Part shown: positions 28,815-40,723 of the stretch, piece by piece | Position numbering within the stretch: position 1 is the stretch's first letter | Layout: each line of letters begins with the position of its first letter | Assembly (NCBI GenBank): GCA_965218295.1 | Contig: CBDCKN010000013.1 | Location: forward strand, 224,001 to 288,000 | From: Longimicrobiales bacterium | GTDB lineage: Bacteria > Gemmatimonadota > Gemmatimonadetes > Longimicrobiales > Gaopeijiaceae | Direction: 5' to 3' | Length of the DNA stretch: 64,000 nucleotides | Made by a program: the position numbers and the translations under genes | The notes under the pieces: generated by a model | The model's database searches: none | What the model was told of the DNA's origin: nothing | The model's input: the letters and a program-made list of their open reading frames with translations, nothing else

Positions 28815-29235
28815 CGTTGGCAGACGGGCAAGAACCTCAACATCGCGCCGCCGGGCTGGGAGCAGACCTACGACCCCCTGGTCGAGGCCTGCAACCTCGA
28901 CAAGGGCTGGAGCCGCCCGGACGATCCGGCGCGCGCCCGGGATCAGCAGCCGGGGCACCGCGCCTACCTCGAGGCGGCGGAGCTGCGGGCGGGGATCGCG
29001 CATGAGGCCGATCCCCGGGACCAGATCCGGGACTACCTGCTGCGGGGCGTCGAGCGCGGCACGGTGCAGGACCGGGCCGGCGTTGTCGCCGCCCTGCAGG
29101 AGGCGGGCTTCGCCGTGCCGCGCCAGGGCAAGAACTACGTGACCGCCCACGACCCGGACAGTGGGAAGCGGTGGCGGCTGAAAGGAGCGCTGTACGAGCA
29201 TGACTTCCAACGCGAACGATTTGAGCGCCCGATGG
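28815..29235 (+). pseudogene. MobA/MbeA-like relaxase internal fragment
   Basis: GKNLNIAPPGW...WSRPDDPAR...LQEAGFAVPRQGKNYVT...RLKGALYE. Confidence 0.7.
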
Positions 29236-29255
29236 CGCGCCTGGGGAATCCCAGT

Positions 29256-29613
29256 GCGATGCGGGGCGGGCATGGTGGCCCTGCAAACCCTCCTCGCGCT
29301 CTACCGCTTTGGAGACAGCACGGCCCTGCTGCAGTTGGTGAATCCGCTGATGTGGATCGGGCTGGGTCTGTTCTTCGTCACGGGCTGGGTCATTGGCTGG
29401 GTGGTGGAACGCCTTCTCCGCGGCACGACCGGTCGGTTCCGCACGCTGCTGCTGGGTGCGACGTTCCTGGCCACCCCCGTGGCGGTCGCCGGGAGCCTCG
29501 TGGGGGGGCTATTCGGCCCTCCGGGGGTCCTGCTCTATGGCCTGATCCCGTATCTCCTCCTGGTGGGGATTCCCAGACTGATTGGGGTCGTGTGGACCCG
29601 GCATGGCTCCTGA
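29256..29613 (+). CDS. Small integral membrane protein, possibly 5'-truncated
   Basis: Three to four hydrophobic segments in ORF 29200-29613. Confidence 0.5.
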
Positions 29614-29914
29614 GCCTTCCGGAAGCAGAGTACGAACAACTCGAGGCGGTGTAGGACCTCCCACCAGTGGGACCGCGCAGCACGCCAGGCGCGTCAACGG
29701 CTCCGCTCCGGCCCTCCGGGTGACCCCCTGGCCCGCTCCGGCTCAGCGGCTCGGGTATGGGGTCGGCCAGGACTGCCCGCCCCCGGTCCACGTCCGTCCG
29801 GTCCAAGGAGCCGCCGCGGCACTCTCCACGTGCCCCGGAGTCTTTTCATGAACCGGATAATCCCCATATTTTGCCTACCCAAGTCGTCTTCCGTAACTCT
29901 CCGTAGTGGAGATT

Positions 29915-30076
29915 TCAGGCACAGTGCCTTCATCGTGGAAAGCACTTGAACCACTACTCGGACGAGTTTGCGTTCCGGTGGAACCCAAGGCATGATACCG
30001 ACGCCAAGCTGACTGAGGACGCCATCGAGGGGACGACGGAAAACGGCTGCTCTACCGTGGCTCACCGACGCTGATT
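29915..30076 (+). pseudogene. IS1595-family transposase C-terminal remnant
   Basis: KHLNHYSDEFAFRWN...GKRLLYR-like sequence. Confidence 0.6.
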
Positions 30077-30093
30077 ACTAGGGTTTTGATATC

Positions 30094-30655
30094 ATGGCCG
30101 ACCACCGCATAACGCTCCGGCTCTCGAATGCGGAGTTAGAGGGTGCCCCCATCCGGCTCACAGACGTAGTAGGCGAGCTTGAGGCCATTGGGAAGGTGTT
30201 GCGGAGAACCCAGCGGTCGCTTTCCTCGATATCAGAGTCCTTGGACTGGAGGGTGGTTGAGATAAGCTACGACAGTCCCTTAACCGTCAGCATCGAGCCA
30301 GCAGCCGAACCGGGTTACGGGGCATTCGCCGTGAGGGTCGTGGCGCGATTCTTCGACCTTGCCGAACGCATTGAGACTGGCGATTACGAAGGCATAAATG
30401 GGGCCGTTCTCAGAGACTTCAGGGATCTCGCTACGCCAGTGGACGGAGGAAGGATCGATGTCGAGGTACTTAATGGCTCTAGGGACTTCCATATCCGACA
30501 AGGAACTCGGACACGCCATCCAGGCCGTGCTTGCCCCCGAAACGACAGCCCTTGGAAATATTAAGGGGCAACTGGAATACATAAACCTGCACGGCCAGAC
30601 GAACGTCTTCAGAGTCTATCCCTTCATTGGCCCCTCTTATGTGGAGTGCAGATTC
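30094..30655 (+). pseudogene. Hypothetical low-GC gene, frameshifted near 30500 and truncated by IS3
   Basis: ORFs 30094-30564 and 30398-30706 read as one protein across a shift. Confidence 0.5.
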
Positions 30656-30744
30656 CCCTCTCTGCCAACTTACGTGAGACACGGAGCAGCTAAGGAATTA
30701 GAGTAGGGCGAAGGCAGAGAAACCGAGGATGCTGAGACACCGAG
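30656..30744 (+). mobile_element. IS3-family copy 3, left end only
   Basis: CCCTCTC-TGCCAACTTACGTGAGACAC... identical to copy 2 for 89 bp. Confidence 0.9.
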
Positions 30745-31237
30745 CGGAGCCTGTCAACGCCAGTGAGACACTCTTGGGAATTAATTAGAGAGCAATCTCC
30801 TGTGTCGTGAGGGAGGGGGTTGGAGGATTGATCCAGACGGCCTCCGGGAGTGGTTTAGGCTTCGGCTCACCGGAGACGAAGCGCTCGGGATGAGCGGCCC
30901 ATGCCTCACGGAGCACGGCCTTCCTGCAGGCGATGATCCGATCGGCGTGACCGAAGTGGACCTGTTCGGGGGTCAGCATCGAGATGCCGCCATGGCGGTG
31001 CTCGGCATTATACCAACGGAAGAACGAGCGACAGAAGGTCTTGGCTTGCCCCTGATCCCCGAACCGGCCGGGAAACGAGGGATGGTACTTCAAGGTCTTG
31101 AACTGAGCCTCGGAGAACGGATTGTCATCCGAGACCTGGGGTCCGGCCCAACGAGCGGGTCACGCCGAGATCGGCGAGTAGTTGAGCCGTGCATTGGCTC
31201 GTCATCGGAGCCCCTCGATCGGAATGCAGGGTCAGGA

Positions 31238-32467
31238 TGTACAGAGATGGTAATGACCTGACAGTTGGCCCTCGCCGGAGCTGTGTCTAGGCTGCCTTCG
31301 TCTTAGCCTCCTCCTTCCTGGCCTTTGCGGCCTTCCTGGCGTCGGTGAGACCGGCCTTGAAGACCTGATAGGGCGTGCGGCCCTCCATGGCTCGACCGCG
31401 GTGCGGCCGCTTCCGGTTGTAGGTCTCCAGATACGCCTCGAGGTCCTGCTGCATCTCCTCGACGGTCTCGTACCAGGTGGTGCGGCCCTTCACCCTCAAG
31501 TGCTCGTCGAGGAGCGTGCGGTGGAAGCGCTCGATGAAGCCGTTGGACTGGGGCCTGCCCACCTTCGTCGTGCGGTGCTCGATGTCCTCGAGCTGAAGGA
31601 ACAGCTCATATGGGTGACGGTCCGGACGGCCGCAGAACTCGCGGCCGTTGTCGCTGAGCACGGTCTTCACCCGGACCCGGTGCTCATCGAAGAACGGCAA
31701 CACGTCGTTATTCATCACCTGCACCGCCGTGAGCGGGAGCTTGCTCGTGTAGAGCCGGCCCCAGGCGTAGCGGCTGAAGCAATCGAGCACGGTCTGCAGG
31801 TACACCTTGCCGACCCCCTTCAGCGTTCCGACGAAGAACGTGTCCACGGCGACGAGGTCGCCCGGGTAATGGACTTCGATGTGGCGCTCCCGGAACTCGG
31901 GACTGAAGCGCTCCAGCAGCTCGATCTGCTCGTCGGTCAGCTTCAGCTTCCGTTCCCTGGCCGTCTCTTCGAGCCTGAGCAGCCGTTCGTGCTTCGTGGT
32001 GAGGCCATGCCGGCTCCACACGCCCCGTACGCCTCCTGAGCTCACCTGGATCCCTCCGAGCAGCAACTCGTCCGCGACCCGCTGAGCTCCGTGCGTCGGA
32101 GCCTCCAAGGCGTGGGCCAAGACCGCCTGCTCAATCTCTTCACTCACCCGGTTCGGGTGCGGTCCCTTCGGCCCGGAAGCTGGTCGATCAGCCCCTCGGC
32201 CCCGTAAAGCTGGAAGTTCCTCCTGATCTCGTAGAACTGCTGCCGGCTGTAGCCCACGATCTTGCACGCCTTGCTCACGTTGCCGAGCTCCTGGGCCAAC
32301 TGTAGCAGGCTCAGCTTGCGGCGCGCTATCTTCTCCCCCTGGACGGTGGTCATCTTCTCTCCCGTGCTAAGTGAGTGACTTCGACATCTCTCAATTAGCT
32401 CCGGCGAGGGCGGCTGGCCACCGTCCTCTCTCGTGGTCAACTGTCAGGTGAATACCGTCTCAGCACA
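31238..32467 (-). mobile_element. IS481-family element with 7-bp TSD GTCAGGA
   Basis: TGT...ACA ends; GTCAGGA at 31231-31237 and 32468-32474. Confidence 0.93.
31287..32353 (-). pseudogene. IS481-family transposase, one frameshift near 32170
   Basis: KLSLLQLAQELGNVSKACK; VAVDTFFVG, VLSDNGREF, PQSNGFIERFHRT. Confidence 0.9.
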
Positions 32468-33548
32468 GTCAGGAGGTGGGGCTGGACGCCATGCTTCAAG
32501 CAACTCTGCTGGATCAGCCGGCTGGCCAGGGCAGAGTTCTCCCGATCCGCCACCATCCATCCCACGACGTAGCGGCTGAAGATGTCCAGGATCACGTAGA
32601 GGTAGAAGTAACTCCACTTCTTCGGCCCCAGCAGCCGGGTGATATCCCAGGACCAGACCTGGTTCGGGCCCCTCGCCATCAACTCGGGCTTCTGGTATTT
32701 GGGATGACTCCGCTGCGCTCGACGCTCCTGAACCGGCACCTGGGAAGCCAGAACGCGATACATCGTACGCTCGCTGCACAGGTAGACGTCCTCGTCGAGC
32801 AGCGTCGCCACCACCTCGGCTGGGGACCGGTCCACGAACCGCTCCGAACACAGGGTGTCGAAAATCTTGTCCCGCTCCCTCTCACTTAAGGCCCGGGCGG
32901 GGGTCGGGCGGGGCTGCTGATGCCCGGTCGATGCACTCCGACGACGGTAGAACGTGGCTCGCGGCACCCTGAGCGCATCGCACGCGGGCTTCACCCCTAC
33001 GTGCTTGGCTAGCTCCTGGGTCGCCTTCATGAGTTCGTCCCGTCCTCGAGGCTCAATCCAGCAGCCCTGCAACTTTTCCCTGGACGTCGATGATCAAGTG
33101 CGCCTTCTGGAGCTCCTTCTCGAGGCGAGTGTTCTCGCGCTCCAGCTTGCGCACCTTCTCCTCCAGCGGATTGCGCTCGCGCTTACGGCCTCGCTTCTTC
33201 GACAGCGCTTTCAGGGACCCGCTATGCGCCGCCTTGCGCCATGTCGTCAGGTGCGACGAGTATAAGCCCTCCCGCCGTAGGAGTCGGCCAACCTCTCCGG
33301 GCTCCGTGCACCGGTCCGCTTCTTCGACGATCCGCAGCTTGTACGACGGAGCGAACCGCCGGCGCAGCGGCCTATCTACCACCTCCGAGTCCGCAGGAGC
33401 TGCCGCGCTTCGCTTACCGTCCCAGGTTGGTGGGGCTATTCCATTCTCTTTCATTCTCTCTCGGTGTCTCAGCATCCTCGGTTTCTCTGCCTTCGCCCTA
33501 CTCTAATTCCTTAGCTGCTCCGTGTCTCACGTAAGTTGGCAGAGAGGG

Positions 33549-33644
33549 AAGGAGTGCAACGCCAAATTTCAGGAAGATGTCGGCGTAGGGACGGCCCACC
33601 GGCCCTCCCGAAATCTGCCAGACAGACGGAGTGCGCGTGCCCAT
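33549..33644 (-). pseudogene. 5' stub of the gene downstream of the methylase, cut by IS3
   Basis: RBS then MGTRTPSVWQISGGP...FGVALL up to the IS3 end. Confidence 0.5.
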
Positions 33645-33657
33645 CAATGCAACTCCC

Positions 33658-35587
33658 TCATCGAGGCACCGCCAGAAGCATGGCGGCGAGGAGACGTTTC
33701 TCCTCGCTTCCCTTGGGATAGAGCGCCGAGAGCGCGTTGGCCAAGCGCAGGAAGTCCGGTCCACGGTCCTGCTCGACCCCGATCAACTTTCGCAGGGCGT
33801 TGGCCTGGCCGCTCGCTTGCAGGAGCATCGCTGCGTGCACGCGGTCCAGCGTCGTCGCGTCGGGGGAGCGGAACTCAGCGTCGCCGCTGAGGACCGCCTT
33901 CTTGCCACGGCCGCGGGTTTTCTTTCTTGTCACAGGTTCCATGTCGGGGAAGAGCATACCTTGCAGGTCGCCTCCGGTGTCGCTTTCGATCCAGTCAGCT
34001 GCGACGCGGGTGCCGTCCTCACCGAAGAGCGCTTTGGCGCGCTCGGCGACGGGCAAGAGACGCACTACACCCTTCGCTTGACCAATGATGCGGTCTGTCC
34101 AGACATCGAGATCGATGCCCATCGGCTGGGCGAAGCGGCGGACTACGTCAAAGGGAAGACTGAAACCCTTCGCCACCACCTTGGCGGTCGAATCCTCGTC
34201 TTCTTTTTCTTTCTTGCCGTTCTCCTCGGGCACGTCGGTGCTCTGGAGTGTCCAGAGGAACAGTGCAGTCAGCCGCGCGTCTTCTTCCAACGAGCCGGTG
34301 ATGTCGCCGCTGCCGAGCACCTGCTTCAGCGCGACGCGGCCCACCACCTCCCAGACCTTCTCAAGGTACTCTGGTAGGCCGACCTCGCGGCCTTCGGCTG
34401 TTTCCACTGCCCGGTAGCGGCTGAAGATCTCAAGTGCAGGTCCGATGCAGGCAAAGACCAGGTCTGCACCGCGGATGCCCTCGCTCTGCAGGCGCTCCAT
34501 CCAGGCGGCGACGCGGGGTGGAAGTTCGTGCAGGACGTCGGCCCAGTCGCCGACGGGAGCGTCCTCGGGGCGGGGGCGGCAGATGAGGTGAACGCTGGTT
34601 TCCAAGGTTGCGGAGTCGCGAGCTCGGAGCCTGGCGCCCCTTTCAGTGGCGATGGGCCATGAGCCAGTGACCACCCACCCTCCTTGAAGCAAGCCATCGA
34701 GAAACGCCTCCCAGCCTTCCGTCGAAGAGTGAGCAAACACAACGCAGCCAATGCCGTCGTCCGTGAGGATTCGGCGACCTTCCTTGAACGCCCGCCCGAT
34801 CGCCGTCTCGAAGAATTTCCTATTCTTCGGAACACCGGCAACTGATCGGTTGTCATCCTGGACCATCTCGCGATCCTTCGGTGAGAGGCCGTTATCAGGC
34901 TGAAAGGGGCTGCGGAGAGCTGGCTCTCCTGGAAGAGTCCGCTTGTGCCAGACATAGTAGACGTCGGCCAAGTCCGAGTACGGAATAGCATCGTAGTAGG
35001 GAGGATCTGTGAACCAGCAGGACGCTGAAGCGTCGGGGAGAGGATGCTCGCCAGCGTCCGCGGTTTGCACTTGCCCTGGATGATCCATGACGGGTGCGAG
35101 TCCCTCGATAACATCGACCGTACTCGCTAGGGCATCGTCGATGCCGCCAGCAAAGCCAGCGAACGGGTACATCTCCGGGTAATCCCACGCCATCGAAATC
35201 GCCTGAAGTGCGAACGTGCCCGCGACTGTCTCGCTGCCCCGATGCCACTTCGAGAACGCGTTCCAGTGCCGGATACACCTACCGGTCGACAAACAAAGAA
35301 ACCTCTTCACCGCATCTGCGAATCCAACGTCCGAATGGCGTCCTGCAGAAGAGCCAAAGCCAGTTTCTGACGCGCAGAAAACAGGTCTCCGAACGTCTTG
35401 CAGCCGTACAAGTGCATCCTGAATGGCGAGTTCCGGCTTACCTTGTGCTGGACGATCGCTTCGTCTGGAATTAGCGACAGCCCATCCAAGACACCTTGCC
35501 CCTGAGGTCGTCCAGCCGTTGCATAGCTCGTCCCACCGCCGTGTAGTCGGCGGCAGACGCTAGGCGATATTGCCTGCCCTTTCCGAT
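33658..35587 (-). pseudogene. DUF1156-type adenine DNA methyltransferase, 5'-truncated by IS256, frameshift near 35315
   Basis: LFSARQKLAL, FTDPPYYDAIPYSDL, VVFAH...GWVVTGSWPI.TE, GIRGADL. Confidence 0.85.
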
Positions 35588-37034
35588 GGTGTCCCGCTGA
35601 CAGTTGAAGGTGGTGGCTCCGGAGAGTCTCCTTGTTAGCCTGCCTTTCTCATTTCGGCAACCGGTTCATGGTCGTCGAGGTGGGCCCTGAGCATCCAGAG
35701 CTGGTCGTAGCCGATGATCCTCCGGTAGCTCTTCTCGGTCTCCACGAACGAGGCCGCAGCCCAGCGCAAGGCCATCGCTCCGTTCTTCCAGTTGGTCACC
35801 CTGCGGGTCTTCTGTCTTACGCCCGAGTGGGTGCTGTCGATCAGGTTGGTCGAGCCCAGGCACTTCCTCAGCCGCGGCGGGAGGCCGAGCCGGTTGATCG
35901 TGAACATCTCGCTGAGGCCTTCGCGTAGGCTGGCCGAGGCCGAGGGGTGGTCGCGCTCGAGCATCGGGCGAGCTGCTCGAGCTTCTGCTCGCCCTGCTTC
36001 GCGTCCAGCTTCATCGCCGCCCGGAACGCCGCCTTCACCTGAGGATGCTGATCCTTCGGCAGATGACCCAGCACGTTGCGGAGCTTGTGGTTGCGGCAGC
36101 GCTGGATGGGGTGACGTTGGCCGACACCTTCTCGATCGCCTTCCTGAGCGCTTTCGAGCCATCGATCACGAACAGCCGCCGCCTGCCCGGGTCCAGGCCG
36201 CGCTCGACCAGATCCTCTAGGAGCGCCCCGGTCACCTCGGCGTTCTCACTCGCTCCTTCCCTCACGCCCAGCACGTGCTTCTTTCCGTCTGAGTCCACGC
36301 CTACCGCAGCAAGCACGTGGTGCGAGCCCATCTGGATCCCGTCCAGGTAGATCACCAGGAGGTCCCACGCATCCAGCCGGCGCTCCATCAGCTCCTTCAG
36401 CACGCGCTCCGAGGCCTCGACCGTCTCACGGCTCACCGCCGACTTGCTCACCCCGACCGTGTCGGCCATCTCACCGATCACACGGCCGTACTTCCGGCGT
36501 GCTCACCCCCGCCATCAGGACCTCGAGCATCCGATCCGCCACGGCGCCCGGTCTCCGCATCGCTGCGTACGCCGGCACCTCGACCTCGCCACCCTCCCCG
36601 GCGCCCCGGCGCCTGAGCCGTGGCCGCTCCACACGCACCTTCCGGTCCGACAGGTAAACCACACCACCCTGCCGCCATACACACCGTGTCGTCTTCCGCT
36701 CGTGACCGACCTGCCTGCTTCACGCCTGCCACACCCTCGGCGCTCATCTCCAGCACCGCTTCGATCGTCGCTCGTCCCATCACCTGGATGACTTCGTCGA
36801 TCGCGACCTCCGTCTGCTCCACGAGCTCAAGCATCGGAAGCAGAAACTGCCCCTCCGCTTCAGGAACTCCCTGATCGCGCGCTTGTCCGCCCGATCCCTT
36901 ACCTCGTACGTTCTCTTCATCGTGGTGGCTCCGTGTTGGGGTTTTTGCCTACCCGAGCCTATCGGCCCGGGACCCCCGGAGCCACCACTTTTCTTTCTCC
37001 CCTATCAGGAACCTTCAACTACGGTTGGGACAGC
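35588..37034 (-). mobile_element. Second type of IS256-family element, multiply frameshifted; marks the island/core junction
   Basis: IRs GGTGTCCCGCTGACAGTTGAAGG / GCTGTCCCAACCGTAGTTGAAGG; IYLDGI, FVIDGSKAL, STNLIDS; no TSD. Confidence 0.88.
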
Positions 37035-38028
37035 TTCTGGGGGTGTGCGCAGCTATCACACCGTGGAACTTCCCCATGTCCATGCCCACTGGATGGTGCT
37101 TCCGGCACTGGCCGCCGGCAACACGGTGATTCTCAAACCGTCGGAAGAGACCCCGCTGTGCGGTCAGGCGTACGCCGACGTGCTCAACGCGGCGCTCCCG
37201 CCGGACGTTCTACAGGTGGTCCACGGAGCGGACGATCAGGGCAAGCGGCTGGTCGAGAGCGACGTGGACCTCATCGCCTTCACTGGCTCCCGGGAGACGG
37301 GCAAGCACATCCTCCGGTCGGCGAGCGGCGAGCTGAAGCGGGTGATCCTCGAGCTAGGCGGCAAGGATCCCATGGTGGTCCTGGAGAGCGCCGATCTCGA
37401 GAAGGCGGCCAAGTTCGCGGCGTGGAACAGCTTCCGGAACGCCGGTCAGGTTTGTGTGAGCACCGAGAGGATATTCGTGCCGGACTCGGTGGCGGATCGC
37501 TTCGAGGCGCTCCTGGTGGAGGCCGGGGAGGCCATGAAGCAGGGAGACGGTCTGGATGAGGGGATCAGGGTGGGTCCCATGGTCAACGCCCAACAGCGGG
37601 CTCACGTCCTCGAGCAGCTTGACGAAGCCATCGCCGATGGCGCCACCTCTCAGGTGGTTCCGGCCATCACGACAACTTCGTCACCCCTACATCCTCACGG
37701 GTGTGAGAGGAAGAGATGGCCATCGCCAAGGACGAGACGTTCGGGCCTGTGGCCTGTGTGACGCGTGTGGCGTCAGAGGAAGAGGCCATCGAAAAGGCCA
37801 ACTCCACCCACTTCGGGTTGGGCGCCGTCGTCTTCGGGTGAAGACGACGAGCGGACGGCCCAGATAGCCCGCCAACTGACGGCCGGGATGATCGGGATCA
37901 ACAAGGCCGCAGGTGGTGCGAGAGGCACACCCTGGGTGGGGGCCCGCCAGAGCGGCTACGGCTTCCACAAGTCCATTGACGGGCACCGCCAGTTCACCCA
38001 GGTGCGGGTCGTCACGAAGCCTGCATGA
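37035..38028 (+). pseudogene. Aldehyde dehydrogenase, 5'-truncated and frameshifted
   Basis: ALAAGNTVILKPSE, FTGS, LELGGKDP, NAGQVC, PWVGARQSGYG. Confidence 0.88.
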
Positions 38029-38052
38029 GGGGACCGCCGCCGCCGCCGGATC

Positions 38053-38259
38053 CTAAAGGATGATGGCCAAGGGCACGAGGAACACATAGCCCACCACCAG
38101 GAGGATGGGCGCCCAAGTGATGGAGCCCTGGGCGAGAAGCCAGTACGCGAACGTAATGGTGAGCAGGGCACCGACCGCGAAAGCGAGGTTGATCCCGGAG
38201 AACTGGAGGGACGCCTTCCCGACCTCTCCGCTCGATTTCGTGTCGTTCTTCTTGGCCAT
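38053..38259 (-). CDS. Small two-TM membrane protein
   Basis: Basic N-terminus followed by two hydrophobic helices. Confidence 0.65.
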   Translation of the reverse strand: MAKKNDTKSSGEVGKASLQFSGINLAFAVGALLTITFAYWLLAQGSITWAPILLVVGYVFLVPLAIIL

Positions 38260-38340
38260 GGCCACGATCCTATTCTCGCCAGATCCTCGGGTCAACCGAC
38301 TCATGGTCCTCGGGCGCCGCGCCGACGTGGTAACGGGCCA

Positions 38341-39704
38341 CTACAGGCCGAAGCGTTCTACGTAGCGGGCGAGGCGAGAGCGGGAGATCCCGAGCAGCCT
38401 GGCCGCTTCCGTCTTGTTTGCACCCGTGCTCTCCAGCACCCGACGAATCTGGCGCTCGATGGCTCCGTCCAGGGTCATGTCACCCTCCCTGGCGGGTGCC
38501 ATCTGGGCCTTCGGCGGGCAACCATCCCCCGACAGACCAAGGGCCAGATGCTCCGGACCCACCACAGAACCCCGGCGCGACGATGGCGGCTCTGGTGAGA
38601 GCGTTCTCGAGCTCACGCACGTTGCCCGGCCAGTCGTAGGCCACCAGCTCTCCCATCGCCGTTTCCGAAATCCGTCGCACCTCACTGCCTGTCTCGTTGC
38701 GGATGCGGCCCAGAAGATGGTTGGCCAGGAGAGGGATGTCGCCCTTTCGGTATCGCAGGCTCGGAACTTCGATCTCAACGACCCGTAGCCGGAAGTACAG
38801 ATCCTCACGGAAGCCGCCCTCCGTTACTAGCTCTTCCATGGGCTGGTGTGTGGCTGCAACCATCCTGGCCTCCGTCCGTTTCGCCTGCTCGCCTCCCACG
38901 GGATAGAACTGTCGCTCCTGGAGCACCCGTAGGAGCTTCGACTGGAAGTCGGGTGAGGTGTCGCCGATCTCGTCCAAGAAGATGGTCCCCCGCCCCGCCA
39001 GCTCGAAATAGCCCTTCCTCGCCCCGACCGCCCCCGTGAAGGCACCCCGCACGTGCCCGAACAGCTCCGACTCCAGCAGGGTGTCCGTCAGCGCCGTGCA
39101 GTTCACCGCGATGAAGGGCTCACTCGAGTGGAGCGAGTGGTCGTGAATGGCACGAGCCACCAGCTCCTTGCCCGTGCCGGTCTCGCCCCGAACGAGGACG
39201 GTGGTTCCGGTTCCGCGCGAGGACACCGATCATCTTGTAGATCTCGATCATCCTCGGGTCACGGCCGATCACGGTGCCGGCCCCAACGCCGTCGGCCAAC
39301 TCGGCCTCGGGCTCGGGCCCCTCTGCCGAGGCCCGGATCAGCTCCTGCTCAGCCAGGCAGCGCTCGACAACCGACTCGAGCTCTTTCAGGCCCACGGGCT
39401 TCACCAGGTAGTCGAACGCCCCGGACTTCATGGCCTTGACGGCCGAGGTCATGGAGTCGTGGCCCGTCATCACGATGACATCCACGCCGCTCATGGACTT
39501 CCGGATCCTGTTGAGGAGCTCCAGTCCGGTCATCCCGTCCATACGCACATCCGTGATGACCACGGCGGGATCGAACGCCTTGACCTTACCGAGGGCAGCC
39601 TCGGCGCTCTCGGCTTCATCCAGCTCGTAGCCCGAATGCTCGAGCTTGGCCCTGAAGACGGAGCGGGTGTCGGCGTCGTCGTCGACGAGCAGGATACGAG
39701 ACAA
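38341..39704 (-). CDS. Sigma-54-dependent response regulator (NtrC family); apparent frameshifts near 39205 and 38575
   Basis: REC (ILLVDDD, TDVRM), [22 protein letters not shown], Fis-type HTH. Confidence 0.9.
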
Positions 39705-39761
39705 TGGTGTCCTCTTTAGAAGGCTGTACAGCCTTCTGGTGCGTGGAGGCGTCGGATACTC

Positions 39762-40723
39762 TTACTCCGATCTGTCGGGGTCGGGTCCAGGCACGTCCGC
39801 GCCCGACGGGTCCTCGAGCCAGAAGCTTGGCTGGTCGGGAACGTCCTGAGCCCTTAGGCGAGCCAGGCGCTCTCGCCTGGCTCGCCTGCGGACTCCCACC
39901 ATGGCAGCCAGAGCCAGGCTCAGGAACATCCAGAACACGGCCGAGTGGGAGAGGACGAACAGCCAGCCGTACCGGCCCTCGACATAGCGCCGCCAGTCCT
40001 CCTCGAATTGAGCCGTAGTGACACCATACGTGGATCGAAACGCCCGATCGAAATTACCGACTTCCTTCCACCTCCTGAGCAAGACCTCCCAGCGCACGGG
40101 GGCTGCTCTGCACGACCAGGTACTCGATGGTCGTGGCGGAGAGGAGGTAGGCCGTCTGGGCCCTCGCCCTGGTCCCGGGGCCACGAGAGATCGAGAGAGT
40201 CCAGCGGGTTCCGGTCCCTGGCCAGGGCCACCCTGAGCTTCCAACCCTCAGACCAGTCCCACCCGCCGCTGGCCCACTGGGCATAGCCCTCGGAGAACCA
40301 TCGGGGTACGCGAAGCCCCTGCAGGTACTGGTGCAAGCCGATGTGCGCCCACTCGTGGCGGAGCACCTGGGTGTCGCTCCAGCCGCGCCCCCGTGCGGAC
40401 ACGTAGGCAGGCATGACGATGGTCGCTTGGGCCGGGAGGGCAACCCCCGCACCCCAGTCGGGGACCTGCCCACTCGTGAGTCGCTCGAACACGGACTCAT
40501 CGGGTGCCAGGAGCACGAGAACCCCGGTGGGCACGTCGGGTGGAAGCCCCGGCAACGGGGGAGCAACCTCCAAAGCCGTGAGCACGCGCACCGCTTTGCC
40601 CGAGTCGGGTGCCATGAAGGAGACGGTGGCGCGGGTTCCCTCGAGTTGGCCGCCACCGGCGAGCGTCTGTCTGAGAGTGTCCTGCCCGATCCCGAGGAGT
40701 AGGACCAAGAGCCCGGGAATCAC
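39762..40723 (-). CDS. Peptidase MA-like (HExxH) membrane-anchored protein; apparent frameshifts
   Basis: LRHEWAH...PRWFSEGYA; C-terminal TM segment in a different frame. Confidence 0.75.

Larger units (their letters stand above)
30745..33548 (-). mobile_element. IS3-family copy 4, interrupted by IS481
   Basis: Both ends present; orfB split at 31237/32468. Confidence 0.93.
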
